Virus record (IMG/VR): IMGVR_UViG_3300037423_000584
Length of the DNA: 64,000 nucleotides
Source: a virus
Direction: 5' to 3' (one strand)
Made by a program: the position numbers and the translations under genes. This document shows, piece by piece, positions 9,540 to 18,550 of this stretch (its first letter is position 1; each line of letters begins with the position of its first letter). The notes below the pieces were generated by a model that saw only the letters and a list, made by a program, of their open reading frames with translations, was not told the DNA's origin and did not search any database.

Positions 9540-9944
9540 ATGAACGATAAAATTAAACAAGTTATAATGATTCGAAAAGATCTTAAGATGCGTCGAGGTA
9601 AAGAGATAGCCCAAGGTGCCCATGCTTCTATTGCTTTCTTAAAAAATAATATATGCGATCCACCACTGTGGTCCAATGAAATATACAACCATCATATTAT
9701 ATTAACAAAACAATGGTTAGAATGGTTTGAAAGCGGTCAAACCAAAATCTGCCTAATCTGCGATTCGGAAGAGCAATTATTAGAAATTGACAGAAAAGCA
9801 AAAGAGATCGGAATAGAATCGCACATTATTACTGATTCAGGTAAAACAGAATTCAATGGTATTCCAACTAAAACTTGTTTAGCACTTGGTCCTGATTATT
9901 CTAGTAAGATAGATCGAATAACTAAAGATTTGAAGTTATACTAA
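9540..9944 (+). CDS. pth2: peptidyl-tRNA hydrolase, Pth2 (archaeal/eukaryotic type)
   Basis: KQVIMIRKDLKMRRGKEIAQGAHA, GQTKI, DSGKTEF and TCLALGP. Confidence 0.92.
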   Translation: MNDKIKQVIMIRKDLKMRRGKEIAQGAHASIAFLKNNICDPPLWSNEIYNHHIILTKQWLEWFESGQTKICLICDSEEQLLEIDRKAKEIGIESHIITDSGKTEFNGIPTKTCLALGPDYSSKIDRITKDLKLY

Positions 9945-10165
9945 TGCTATTCAAAATATCTTCACATGCAGATCGATGGTATTCGTGGGTATATATCGAT
10001 ATTGGTGACAATCTACGCTTATTAAGATGGATAGGAATGGATGGCAATTTGCATTATGATCCACAGTATTTCTCATACAAAAGAAATGTCATTCAGGCCA
10101 TAAAGAAATATAATCCAGATAGTGTTATAAGATATTATTATAAATCTCTGAGGAAAGTAAAATGA
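9944..10165 (+). CDS. paralog array member 1 (FNSKR family)
   Basis: YFSYKRNVIQAIKKYNP. Confidence 0.6.
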   Translation: MLFKISSHADRWYSWVYIDIGDNLRLLRWIGMDGNLHYDPQYFSYKRNVIQAIKKYNPDSVIRYYYKSLRKVK

Positions 10166-10368
10166 GAATTCGTATTTTCGAACAACGTAGGCCATATAAT
10201 CAATCATCTTTGTTTTATATATATAACTATGATGGCATACCTTATCTTTCTAAATATAAGCGATGGAATGTGCGTTTGACAAATGCTTGTATGTTTAATA
10301 GCAGACGCCATGCAATTCAAGTTCTAAAGAAAAAACATCCTGAGCTTAAAAATAGAAAAATACCATGA
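10162..10368 (+). CDS. paralog array member 2
   Basis: MFNSRRHAIQVLKKKHP. Confidence 0.6.
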   Translation: MRIRIFEQRRPYNQSSLFYIYNYDGIPYLSKYKRWNVRLTNACMFNSRRHAIQVLKKKHPELKNRKIP

Positions 10369-10619
10369 AAAAGACAGAAATATTTGTCTATTATAGATAT
10401 TATACAAGAACAGATGGCACCGAACGTTGGTCTTGTTGGACATACAAAGGATCAGATTTGGGAGACTATATTTACTTAAATAAACAAGGTAAATTATCAA
10501 AAGGTCTTTTCTATTTTAATTCAAAAAGATTTGCAATAGCTACTATAAAGAAATATTTCCCAAATCATAAAATACTTTCTTCTGATGTATGGATAGGCAC
10601 TCATGAAAGATATAACTAA
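10365..10619 (+). CDS. paralog array member 3
   Basis: YFNSKRFAIATIKKYFP. Confidence 0.65.
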   Translation: MKKTEIFVYYRYYTRTDGTERWSCWTYKGSDLGDYIYLNKQGKLSKGLFYFNSKRFAIATIKKYFPNHKILSSDVWIGTHERYN

Positions 10620-10857
10620 GCTTTTTATAGTAACAAATAATAAAATAGATAATGAATTTTATGCTTGGCGATATACAAAAACAAATGGTGTGATTTCTTG
10701 GTCGTATATAAGAAAACATAATAATACCGGTTCTTGGTTATTTAATTCAAAAAGATTCATAATACAGACAATAAAAAAATTCTATCCAGATTATAGAATA
10801 ATAAGTGGACAACATTGGATGTCACCAAAAACAAGAAATGAATATGACTGGACATAA
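10603..10857 (+). CDS. paralog array member 4
   Basis: KDITKLF...LFNSKRFIIQTIKKFYP. Confidence 0.65.
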   Translation: MKDITKLFIVTNNKIDNEFYAWRYTKTNGVISWSYIRKHNNTGSWLFNSKRFIIQTIKKFYPDYRIISGQHWMSPKTRNEYDWT

Positions 10858-11113
10858 AGATATAACAAAAGTATTTATATATAGCCAAACAATAAATGGC
10901 AAATTTTATTATGCTTGGACTAATAGTAAAATTAATATACGTGGAATTGACAGATTGAAGTCTTCATATTTAAAGAAAAATGGAACTACTAATTTAGATG
11001 CAGACTTCTTTAACTCTAGGAGATATTTATTTCAAACACTTAAAAAGTATTATCCTAATCATGAAATAATTCCTTTTGATACTTTTATTCATATAACAGA
11101 TGAATATATATAA
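10844..11113 (+). CDS. paralog array member 5 (start uncertain; ORF open from 10805)
   Basis: KDITKVF...FFNSRRYLFQTLKKYYP. Confidence 0.65.
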   Translation: MTGHKDITKVFIYSQTINGKFYYAWTNSKINIRGIDRLKSSYLKKNGTTNLDADFFNSRRYLFQTLKKYYPNHEIIPFDTFIHITDEYI

Positions 11114-11343
11114 TTATAAAAAACTTCTAAGAGAACAAAGACTAGAGGAAGAACAACAAAATGGACGAAGAGTAAGTAAAACATTTGGTGGCCGACCTTC
11201 TTCAAAAGAACTCAGAAGAAAAGAAAAAGATAAACTTAGAAAAATGATTAGAGAAAAGAAATATGAAGAAGATTAAGTCGATAATTATAGATGTATTATT
11301 TAGAATAAATGAATTTGTACAATCTATAAAGAAAGAGATATAA

Positions 11344-12219
11344 ATGTATATAATGCAATCGTATGACGATGCACTTAAGAATATTCTAGAAAACGGTGTT
11401 GTCAAAAAGAATAGAACTGGTGTTGATACCATAGCAATTTTTGGTATGCAAACACGATATAGAATTGATGAATGCTTTCCACTATTAACTAAGCGAAAGA
11501 TTTGGCCCAAGTCTATTTTTGCTGAATTACTATGGTTCTTGTCTGGATCATCTAATAACAATGATCTAGAAGCTCTTGATTCTAAGATTTGGCGTCCTTG
11601 GGTAGATGAAGAATTTGAAAAGAAACATGGATACTGTAAGGGAAGCTTTGGTCCTGTTTATGGATTTAACCTAAGATATTTTGGTGGTAACTTTGCCGAT
11701 GGAGACAAGAACAATCTAGAATATGGCAAGAACGGTTACGATCAATGGGAATCGATAATCAATACTTTAAAGAACAATCCAGATAGTCGAAGGATCTTGT
11801 TCTCTGTATGGAATCCAAAAGAATTATACAGAATGAAACTTCCTCCTTGTCACTACACATTTCAATTAGATGTTAATGGTGACAAGTTAAGCGGAATGCT
11901 TACGCAAAGAAGTGCAGATTATCCAATCGGTGTTCCTGCTAATATTCAGTTCTATTCTGCAATAATTTATATTCTTGCTGCTGAGACTGGATTAAAGCCA
12001 TATGAATTTATTCATAATACTGGTGACAGCCACATCTATGTTGACCAAATAGATGCTGTTAAGGAATATCTTTCTAGAGAACCAAAAGATTCCCCTAAGT
12101 TAAATTATAATAAACTTCCAGATATCTATTGCAAGAATCCAGTTAAAGAATGGCTAAACTGTTTCGAAGTAGTTAATTACGATCCACATCCAAAGATAAA
12201 TATACCAGTGGCAGTATGA
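11344..12219 (+). CDS. thyA: thymidylate synthase
   Basis: RTGVDT, FPLLT, ELLWFL, GPVYG, SRR, LPPCH, QRSAD and GVPAN (dUMP-specifying Asn). Confidence 0.95.
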   Translation: MYIMQSYDDALKNILENGVVKKNRTGVDTIAIFGMQTRYRIDECFPLLTKRKIWPKSIFAELLWFLSGSSNNNDLEALDSKIWRPWVDEEFEKKHGYCKGSFGPVYGFNLRYFGGNFADGDKNNLEYGKNGYDQWESIINTLKNNPDSRRILFSVWNPKELYRMKLPPCHYTFQLDVNGDKLSGMLTQRSADYPIGVPANIQFYSAIIYILAAETGLKPYEFIHNTGDSHIYVDQIDAVKEYLSREPKDSPKLNYNKLPDIYCKNPVKEWLNCFEVVNYDPHPKINIPVAV

Positions 12220-12689
12220 TAAATATAATAGTTGCACATGATGAAAATAGAACAATCGGAAACAAAAAATTCCTTCCTTGGTATTTGCCAGAAGATTTTA
12301 AGTTATTTAAGATATTGACAAATGGACACACAGTAATAATGGGAAGGAAAACGTGGGAAAGTTTGCCAGAAAAACATAGGCCACTTCCAAATAGAACAAA
12401 TATAGTTGTTTCTAATACTCTTAAAGAAGGAAATAATTTTAATGTTGTTTCTACACTATCAGAATCTATAGAAATTGCTTCTAAAGAAAAAGAGATATTT
12501 ATAATTGGTGGTGCTTCTTTATATAAAGAAGCCCTAGATAAAGGTTTTGTCGATAGAATGTATATTAGTCATGTTGATGGTAAATACGAGGGAGATACAT
12601 ATTTCCCTGAAATAAATAACAATGATTGGAAGATTTCATTAACTGAGAAGTTTCCAAGTTTCACGTTCAAAATTTACGAAAGGGCATAA
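12216..12689 (+). CDS. folA: dihydrofolate reductase
   Basis: LPW.LPED, VIMGRKTWES, RPLPNR, IIGG and GDTYFP. Confidence 0.95.
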   Translation: MINIIVAHDENRTIGNKKFLPWYLPEDFKLFKILTNGHTVIMGRKTWESLPEKHRPLPNRTNIVVSNTLKEGNNFNVVSTLSESIEIASKEKEIFIIGGASLYKEALDKGFVDRMYISHVDGKYEGDTYFPEINNNDWKISLTEKFPSFTFKIYERA

Positions 12690-13129
12690 TGCCAACAATT
12701 TACTTAGAATACGAAGAAGAAGATGCAATGATGTGGGGACAACTTGGAGAAGAAGAACCAAGAGATGAGTTCATTTTTAATGAAGATGAAGAAGATGAAC
12801 CAAAACAAAATATAGAGTTTAAATTATTTAGACCATTATATTTATATCGTTCAGAACTTGAAGGCTCGCAGCCAATCGAAATTGACTTCGAGCCTCTTGG
12901 TTTTGATAAGCTTCATATAGTAATAGTACGTTATTCTAAAGCTAATGAATTCGAAAATCTTAGCGGTCTCTGGCATATAGAAAATGTTTATAAAACACGC
13001 AGAGAAGCTTCTAAGATGGCAGAGTTTATTAGAGAACTTCCCGAAGAATATAATAAAGAAGTCCCTTGGAAGCAGGATGATACTGAAATAGAAGAAGTAC
13101 AAGTTGAAACACTTGGAGTTGAGGACTAA
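12689..13129 (+). CDS. acidic hypothetical protein, paralog of 4567..4992
   Basis: Shared VRYS..N.F, EAS....IR and PW motifs. Confidence 0.6.
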   Translation: MPTIYLEYEEEDAMMWGQLGEEEPRDEFIFNEDEEDEPKQNIEFKLFRPLYLYRSELEGSQPIEIDFEPLGFDKLHIVIVRYSKANEFENLSGLWHIENVYKTRREASKMAEFIRELPEEYNKEVPWKQDDTEIEEVQVETLGVED

Positions 13130-13435
13130 ATGTTTAAAAGATTAATAATTAAAAAGAAGCTTAAAGAGTTACAAAATTTAGGAAGTCCAGATGCAATTGC
13201 TTGTTTTTTAAATAAAGATGGAATTTGTGGTATTCCAAATAATTCAGAATGCTGTCCTATTGCAAATTATTTATATGTAAAAACTGGTTATTATACTTCC
13301 GTTTATAGAACATATATAGGATATGGTGGATATTCAGATATAAGTATTTATATGAAATATCCTAATATAAAATGTTTTATTGAATTATTTGATCACAAAA
13401 AATATCCAGCTTTAATAACTCCAAATTTTGAGTAA
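13130..13435 (+). CDS. hypothetical phage protein
   Basis: CPIANYL...FD...YP.L motif. Confidence 0.6.
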   Translation: MFKRLIIKKKLKELQNLGSPDAIACFLNKDGICGIPNNSECCPIANYLYVKTGYYTSVYRTYIGYGGYSDISIYMKYPNIKCFIELFDHKKYPALITPNFE

Positions 13436-13446
13436 AGTGAGGAATA

Positions 13447-14439
13447 ATGCTCTTAGGTCTATTAGATACTAAATTAGAAAAAGATGATAAAAAGATAGAC
13501 AGAGCTTTGCGTCCTCAAACGTTTGATGACTACATTGGTCAAGCAGAATTGATTAAAAAGCTTAAAGTAGCAATTGAAGCAGCTAATCAAAGAGAAGAAG
13601 CTGTCGATCATATGCTATTTACAGGAGGTCCCGGCCTAGGCAAAACAACCATTGCAAGTATATTAGCATCAGAATGCAAAGCTGGTTTCAGATCTGTTAT
13701 GGGACCATCTATCAAGAATGTAGCAGACATGCTTTCTATTCTTAGTAAACTTAAGAAACGAGATATCTTATTTATAGACGAATGTCATAGAATAGATAAA
13801 AGAGCAGAAGAATGTCTGTATACCGCAATGGAAGATTATTCTATAGATGTAAAACTTAAGAATGATGAGATAATGAAAATTCCAATACAACCATTCTGTC
13901 TTGTTGGTGCTACAAGTTTGCCTGGCAAAATGTCTGCACCTCTTAGAGACAGATTCGGAATTTCTTATCATATGGAATATTATAATGTTCAAGAATTAGC
14001 AATTATAATTTCTGCTAATGCTAGAAAGCTTGATATCAAAATAGAAGAAGATGATGCAATTATAAATATGGCATCTAGATCTCGTGGAATCCCAAGAATA
14101 GCAAACAGAGTTCTTAGACGCGTTAGGGATTACTCCCAAGTTAAAAATAACAATGTAGTGAACAATGAGGTTGTTGACGAAGCTCTAAAACTAGAAGGTA
14201 TAGATAAATTAGGTTTAACAGAATCAGATAGAAAATATATTTCCGTATTATTTCATACATATAATTGTGGTCCATGTGGTGCAGCAGCACTTGCTGCTTC
14301 TATTGGAGAAGATATATCTACTGTTGTCGAGTTTATTGAACCATATCTAGTCAGAATAGGATTTATAGCAAGACAAAAAACAGGCCGCGTTCTTACGGGA
14401 GAAGGAATGAGGTATGTGCTTGAAAATCAAAATATATGA
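13447..14439 (+). CDS. ruvB: Holliday junction branch-migration ATPase RuvB
   Basis: LRPQTFDDYIGQ, GGPGLGKTT, FIDECHR, AMED, PLRDRFG, SRGIPRIANR and EPYL. Confidence 0.93.
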   Translation: MLLGLLDTKLEKDDKKIDRALRPQTFDDYIGQAELIKKLKVAIEAANQREEAVDHMLFTGGPGLGKTTIASILASECKAGFRSVMGPSIKNVADMLSILSKLKKRDILFIDECHRIDKRAEECLYTAMEDYSIDVKLKNDEIMKIPIQPFCLVGATSLPGKMSAPLRDRFGISYHMEYYNVQELAIIISANARKLDIKIEEDDAIINMASRSRGIPRIANRVLRRVRDYSQVKNNNVVNNEVVDEALKLEGIDKLGLTESDRKYISVLFHTYNCGPCGAAALAASIGEDISTVVEFIEPYLVRIGFIARQKTGRVLTGEGMRYVLENQNI

Positions 14440-14451
14440 TGATTTTGTAAG

Positions 14452-14811
14452 TTGTTAAACAAATGGGAGGATCGTCATAATCCAAAGCTGTATCGGAGAT
14501 TTATGATAGATACAAATGAATTTTATGAAGTATTTAAACATAGAATTAAATGGTGTGATAAGAATTTAATTGTTGTCAAGAAAAAAATGGAGACTTCAAG
14601 TGATAAGTATTTTTTGAAACTTAAAAATATGTTATTAGAATATCAGCGAGATTGTAGGATAGCATGTAGGAGAATTGAACTTCTTAATAAGAAATATGAG
14701 AACTTAAATAAAGCACCATCAGAAGTTCAAACAGATCTTAAGGAAACACTTGCTGCTATAAGATTTACAAAATATGCAGATTTAGATGGACATTTAAAAG
14801 GATCACCATGA
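14452..14811 (+). CDS. hypothetical protein
   Basis: ORF with a TTG start (uncertain). Confidence 0.5.
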   Translation: MLNKWEDRHNPKLYRRFMIDTNEFYEVFKHRIKWCDKNLIVVKKKMETSSDKYFLKLKNMLLEYQRDCRIACRRIELLNKKYENLNKAPSEVQTDLKETLAAIRFTKYADLDGHLKGSP

Positions 14812-15641
14812 TTCAACATGAAGTATTAAATAATACTATTAACTTAGATGAATTATTTAATCGTGGTTTTTGTTTTGACCTAACGATTAGAACATGGCAG
14901 GCAAAATCGTCGGACAAGTCAATCTTGTCCGACATTCCTGACCTTAAGGATGGATATATTAAGTTTCTAAGTGATAATGATAAAAAGTCATTTAGACAAT
15001 ATGAAGTTAAGGCTAGACTTTGGCTTGAACAAAATAGTTTTCCATTTATGAATACTCGTTTTGTCCCAAATGAAGCTTTTAAACTTCTTATAAACGGAGA
15101 CGATGATCGCGTTGGTCTCTTGAAACTAAAAGAATGTTTTTATAATAGCTTTAATGAATTTATAAATAACTTTGATCAAACAAAAACCAATTTCATTGAA
15201 TCTATTAGAAATACAAATCCTAAGCAAGCAGAATCAATTGAATGGTCATATCCATCAAAGGAAGAAGTTGCTTCTAAGTTCTTCTTTGATTGGAATACCT
15301 ATGAAATATCTCCAACTAGTCAAGTTGGAAATAAGGAAATAATGGATCAATCTGCCAATCAACATTATCAAGCTTTTAAAAATATCTTGATTAATAAGAT
15401 CAGTGATTCATTAGCTAATTTCAAAAAGATGATCTATTCTGAAAACACAGTTAAGTCATCTTCTATCAGAGCTATGAAAAATGCAATTATAAATTATCAT
15501 AGCATGAATATTTTCGATGAAACAGAATTAGATAAGAAATTATTAGAGTTGCATTCTTCATTGTCTACAATAACGAACATTGAATCTGAAAATACAGATA
15601 TGAGAAATAAAATCGCAGATATTGTTGATGGTATACTATAA
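14808..15641 (+). CDS. hypothetical helical protein (DUF3150-like?)
   Basis: DLTIRTW, RFVP and YPS.EE...KF.F pattern. Confidence 0.45.
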   Translation: MIQHEVLNNTINLDELFNRGFCFDLTIRTWQAKSSDKSILSDIPDLKDGYIKFLSDNDKKSFRQYEVKARLWLEQNSFPFMNTRFVPNEAFKLLINGDDDRVGLLKLKECFYNSFNEFINNFDQTKTNFIESIRNTNPKQAESIEWSYPSKEEVASKFFFDWNTYEISPTSQVGNKEIMDQSANQHYQAFKNILINKISDSLANFKKMIYSENTVKSSSIRAMKNAIINYHSMNIFDETELDKKLLELHSSLSTITNIESENTDMRNKIADIVDGIL

Positions 15642-15826
15642 TGAGAAATGAATTAAGAGAAGCTATTATATCATTACTTCAAAGTGGAGAAGATGCGGGA
15701 TGTAATGGCCTTGTTTGTGTAGAAGAAAAAGAATATCATAAACTAAGAAGACTTCTTCATGACTATACAGGCCAATGGTATGGTCTTACAGAAGGAATTC
15801 CAATTAATTTTGACAAGGATGAATAA
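15641..15826 (+). CDS. hypothetical protein
   Basis: Coupled ORF. Confidence 0.55.
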   Translation: MRNELREAIISLLQSGEDAGCNGLVCVEEKEYHKLRRLLHDYTGQWYGLTEGIPINFDKDE

Positions 15827-15829
15827 TAT

Positions 15830-16189
15830 ATGAAATCTAGAGATCTTATTCGTTTTATTCAAGAGATTGATCCCTCTGGTGAAAAGGATGTTTGTATCAA
15901 TAATATGGATTTTCGTATCCCGTATCTTTCTCGGGCAAAAGATCAAGGATGGTACTTTAAAATAGATTATAGAAATGGAGACTATTATGATCTACCCGAG
16001 GCGATAAGTTATATTGGCGATGGATATAAAATCAACATATCTCCTTGGAAACCAATTGAAATCTTTCAATCTTATCCATCTATTAAAACAAATGTAATAG
16101 GTAATGATAAGGACAGGGTTAGAGAAGCTTTCTTAGAGAATCTACGAGAAGATTCAAATAGGTCAAAAGCTAAAAATATAAATTTCTGA
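15830..16189 (+). CDS. hypothetical phage protein
   Basis: MKSRDLIRFIQEIDPSGE N-terminus. Confidence 0.6.
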   Translation: MKSRDLIRFIQEIDPSGEKDVCINNMDFRIPYLSRAKDQGWYFKIDYRNGDYYDLPEAISYIGDGYKINISPWKPIEIFQSYPSIKTNVIGNDKDRVREAFLENLREDSNRSKAKNINF

Positions 16190-16237
16190 GTAAAAAGTTG
16201 TCGAAATTTTCTCGATATAATTTATGAAAATTTATAA

Positions 16238-16558
16238 ATGATTTGCAAGATATGTAATAAACCTATTAGATCTAAATCGTTAGTTACAGTTCTATCAAGA
16301 AGAATATATACAACATCAGATAATGGAGACTATAACTTCTTCCCAGACTTTATAGAAAACCAAGAAGTTGTACACGATATATGTTTTGATAGAACTCTTA
16401 AACCAAGTAATGATGAGAAGTTTAAAGAATTACTAGGTACATTGAGGTCATTAGGAGAAAAAGCACATAAAGATAATATATATAGGTTTTACAAAGATAA
16501 CCATACGATGGGAATCAATGAAATGATAACTTCATGGTTTATGAATTTAGATGAATAA
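16238..16558 (+). CDS. hypothetical Zn-finger protein
   Basis: CxxC ... HxxC. Confidence 0.6.
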   Translation: MICKICNKPIRSKSLVTVLSRRIYTTSDNGDYNFFPDFIENQEVVHDICFDRTLKPSNDEKFKELLGTLRSLGEKAHKDNIYRFYKDNHTMGINEMITSWFMNLDE

Positions 16559-16575
16559 TTATTAAACTTATATTT

Positions 16576-16583
16576 TGTATAAT
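16576..16583 (+). promoter_or_regulatory. candidate promoter element TGTATAAT
   Basis: The same 8-mer recurs intergenically at 17841; variants at 26777, 42692 and 44011. Confidence 0.4.
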
Positions 16584-16618
16584 CTTATATGTGATTGACT
16601 CATAAAGAAGGTTATACA

Positions 16619-17347
16619 ATGGAACTAAACGAAGAACAACCAGCGTTCAACTTTTGCAACAAGGTTGATTTACACACATTAGATCCATATTCAGATTTAT
16701 CATCTCTTGTGGCTATAGCAGGAGAACATGGTTTTAGAGGCATTAGCGTTCTCTCTTGTCGTTTAGAAAGTCTAATCAAAGAAATAAATAAACCCTTATA
16801 TGGAAATAAGGACATTATTCCAGTCTCACTTATAGACTTTCCATTTGGACAATCTTCTATGGCTTCTAGATCTTATTCTGTTCTGGATGCAAAAGAGAAA
16901 GGTGCTAAAGAAGTAGAAGTTGTAGCACCATATGGATTATTTGCAGAAGAAGAGTTCGGTAAGATCCATGAAGATTTGAAGAATCTAACAACTGCTGCTG
17001 CTAAAGCAAATGTAAAGTTTAGATACATCATAGACTATAAATCTCCTTATCTTAACGATGTTATTAAAACAAAGATCTTGAAAATATTATCCATCATAAA
17101 GCCAAACTCGGTATCTAGTGCATCTGGATACTTCGATGGTGATGTCGATAATAGTGATAATATTCTATTCTTAAGAAACATAAAAACCAAAGCTTCTTGT
17201 GAAATTAAAACATATTTATCAAATATAGATATTAATGATTTTGCTGTATATCCTAAAGCAGGAGTAGATATTGTTGGATTAGACTGGACCGAGGCTGTGA
17301 ATATTGCACATGCTTACGAAGACATACTCCAAAAAGAAAAATCTTAA
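16619..17347 (+). CDS. DeoC (deoxyribose-phosphate aldolase)-like TIM barrel, probably catalytically altered
   Basis: IDFPFG and GAKEVEVV align with DeoC; the KTSTG position reads SSASG; ORF open from 16595. Confidence 0.7.
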   Translation: MELNEEQPAFNFCNKVDLHTLDPYSDLSSLVAIAGEHGFRGISVLSCRLESLIKEINKPLYGNKDIIPVSLIDFPFGQSSMASRSYSVLDAKEKGAKEVEVVAPYGLFAEEEFGKIHEDLKNLTTAAAKANVKFRYIIDYKSPYLNDVIKTKILKILSIIKPNSVSSASGYFDGDVDNSDNILFLRNIKTKASCEIKTYLSNIDINDFAVYPKAGVDIVGLDWTEAVNIAHAYEDILQKEKS

Positions 17348-17362
17348 ACAGAATGGAGAATA

Positions 17363-17783
17363 TATGGCTCCGAAGCATAGTTCAGATCTTGATATCGAGA
17401 CACAACCAATTACTTTTAAAGCAGCATTTATGTACGGAGGAGCCGTTGCTACTATATTAGGCGTTTTCCTAGGTGCTGGTAAATTAATAATGGATATCAA
17501 AACAACGCAAACATCACAAGAACTAAAACTTTCAGAAGTTATAGGATCAATTAAACAAGTAGATGAAAACTCTCTTTTTAGACATAATACTCAACAAAAA
17601 GAAATAGATAAGTTATCTGACAGAACAGATCTGAACCAAACTAATATATCTGATATAAAAGCACAAATTGGTATTTTAACTACCAAATTCGAACAATTCG
17701 AAAAAACACAGCAGAACTTTGAGAAAACACAGCAGCAAATGTTTGATTTTCTTAAAGAACAATCAAAACAAAATAAATTATAA
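17363..17783 (+). CDS. single-TM coiled-coil protein
   Basis: GGAG lies upstream of the ATG; hydrophobic AFMYGGAVATILGVFLGAG is followed by heptads with an FEKTQQ duplication. Confidence 0.6.
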
Positions 17784-17840
17784 TTACCATCATAATTTAC
17801 ATTCATATTTAAAAATTAAATATAATTAATAACCATTTCT

Positions 17841-17848
17841 TGTATAAT
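17841..17848 (+). promoter_or_regulatory. candidate promoter element TGTATAAT
   Basis: Lies in an AT-rich intergenic region about 35 nt upstream of a gene with a strong AAGGAG RBS. Confidence 0.45.
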
Positions 17849-17881
17849 ACCTTTAGCAAGTATTAATATCAAGGAGATAAA

Positions 17882-18295
17882 ATGGGTAAAGTATTAAATA
17901 ACGGCACAGATGTTTCTACATATCCTGTAACTGGTGGCGTAAATAACGTTGGAAACGGAAAGTTTGCCGGATACAATGTTACAACCTCTGTTTATTCTGT
18001 AAGTGCTTCTGGTACTCCAAAAACTGGTAACTTAACAGTTGGCAGCGAAACAATGGGAGTAGGCGGTCTTTCTACCGCACATAGAAAGAAGAAGAATCAG
18101 ATAAACAACGCTCTACAAGATAGAACAGAAAGTCCTGCAAGTGGATATCTAGCAAATGGTGTACCAGATTGGCAAAGTGGTAAGATTGCTCGTAATACAA
18201 TTTGGTCTACTGATAGAGAAGTCAACGGTGGCGATATGACTTACTTCCAGCCACTAGCTCCTGTTTCTAAGACTTATGGAAACATGACTACCTAA
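17882..18295 (+). CDS. small Gly/Thr/Asn-rich protein, possibly virion-associated and highly expressed
   Basis: Has its own promoter-like motif, an AAGGAG RBS and a downstream terminator. Confidence 0.6.
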   Translation: MGKVLNNGTDVSTYPVTGGVNNVGNGKFAGYNVTTSVYSVSASGTPKTGNLTVGSETMGVGGLSTAHRKKKNQINNALQDRTESPASGYLANGVPDWQSGKIARNTIWSTDREVNGGDMTYFQPLAPVSKTYGNMTT

Positions 18296-18324
18296 TAAAC
18301 ACAAACAACTAATTAGAATAGAAT

Positions 18325-18353
18325 GGAGATCATTTTGATCTCCTTCTTTTTTT
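18325..18353 (+). terminator. intrinsic terminator
   Basis: GGAGATCA-TTT-TGATCTCC followed by TTCTTTTTTT. Confidence 0.75.
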
Positions 18354-18550
18354 GGAGAAAACGATGCAAATTCAGATCAGACAAATAGATAAACCAAAAG
18401 ATTATAAATACAAGAGGAGAATATGGGCTGGAACAAGGAATAATCCACCTAAGCTGGACGATACTATTAATATAGGAAGATCTATGATTCTAAAGGATGA
18501 AGTATTAGACATTAAACTTTATCCTGTTTTACTAATGTGGGAAACAACTA

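Noticed and set aside
11344-12219. ThyA as a dCMP hydroxymethylase for DNA hypermodification
   Set aside because: It keeps the dUMP-specifying Asn (GVPAN) and canonical ThyA motifs, and is coupled to DHFR.
17697-17735. Short tandem duplication (FEKTQQ x2) as a repeat array
   Set aside because: It is only two imperfect in-frame copies spaced one heptad apart within a coiled coil.
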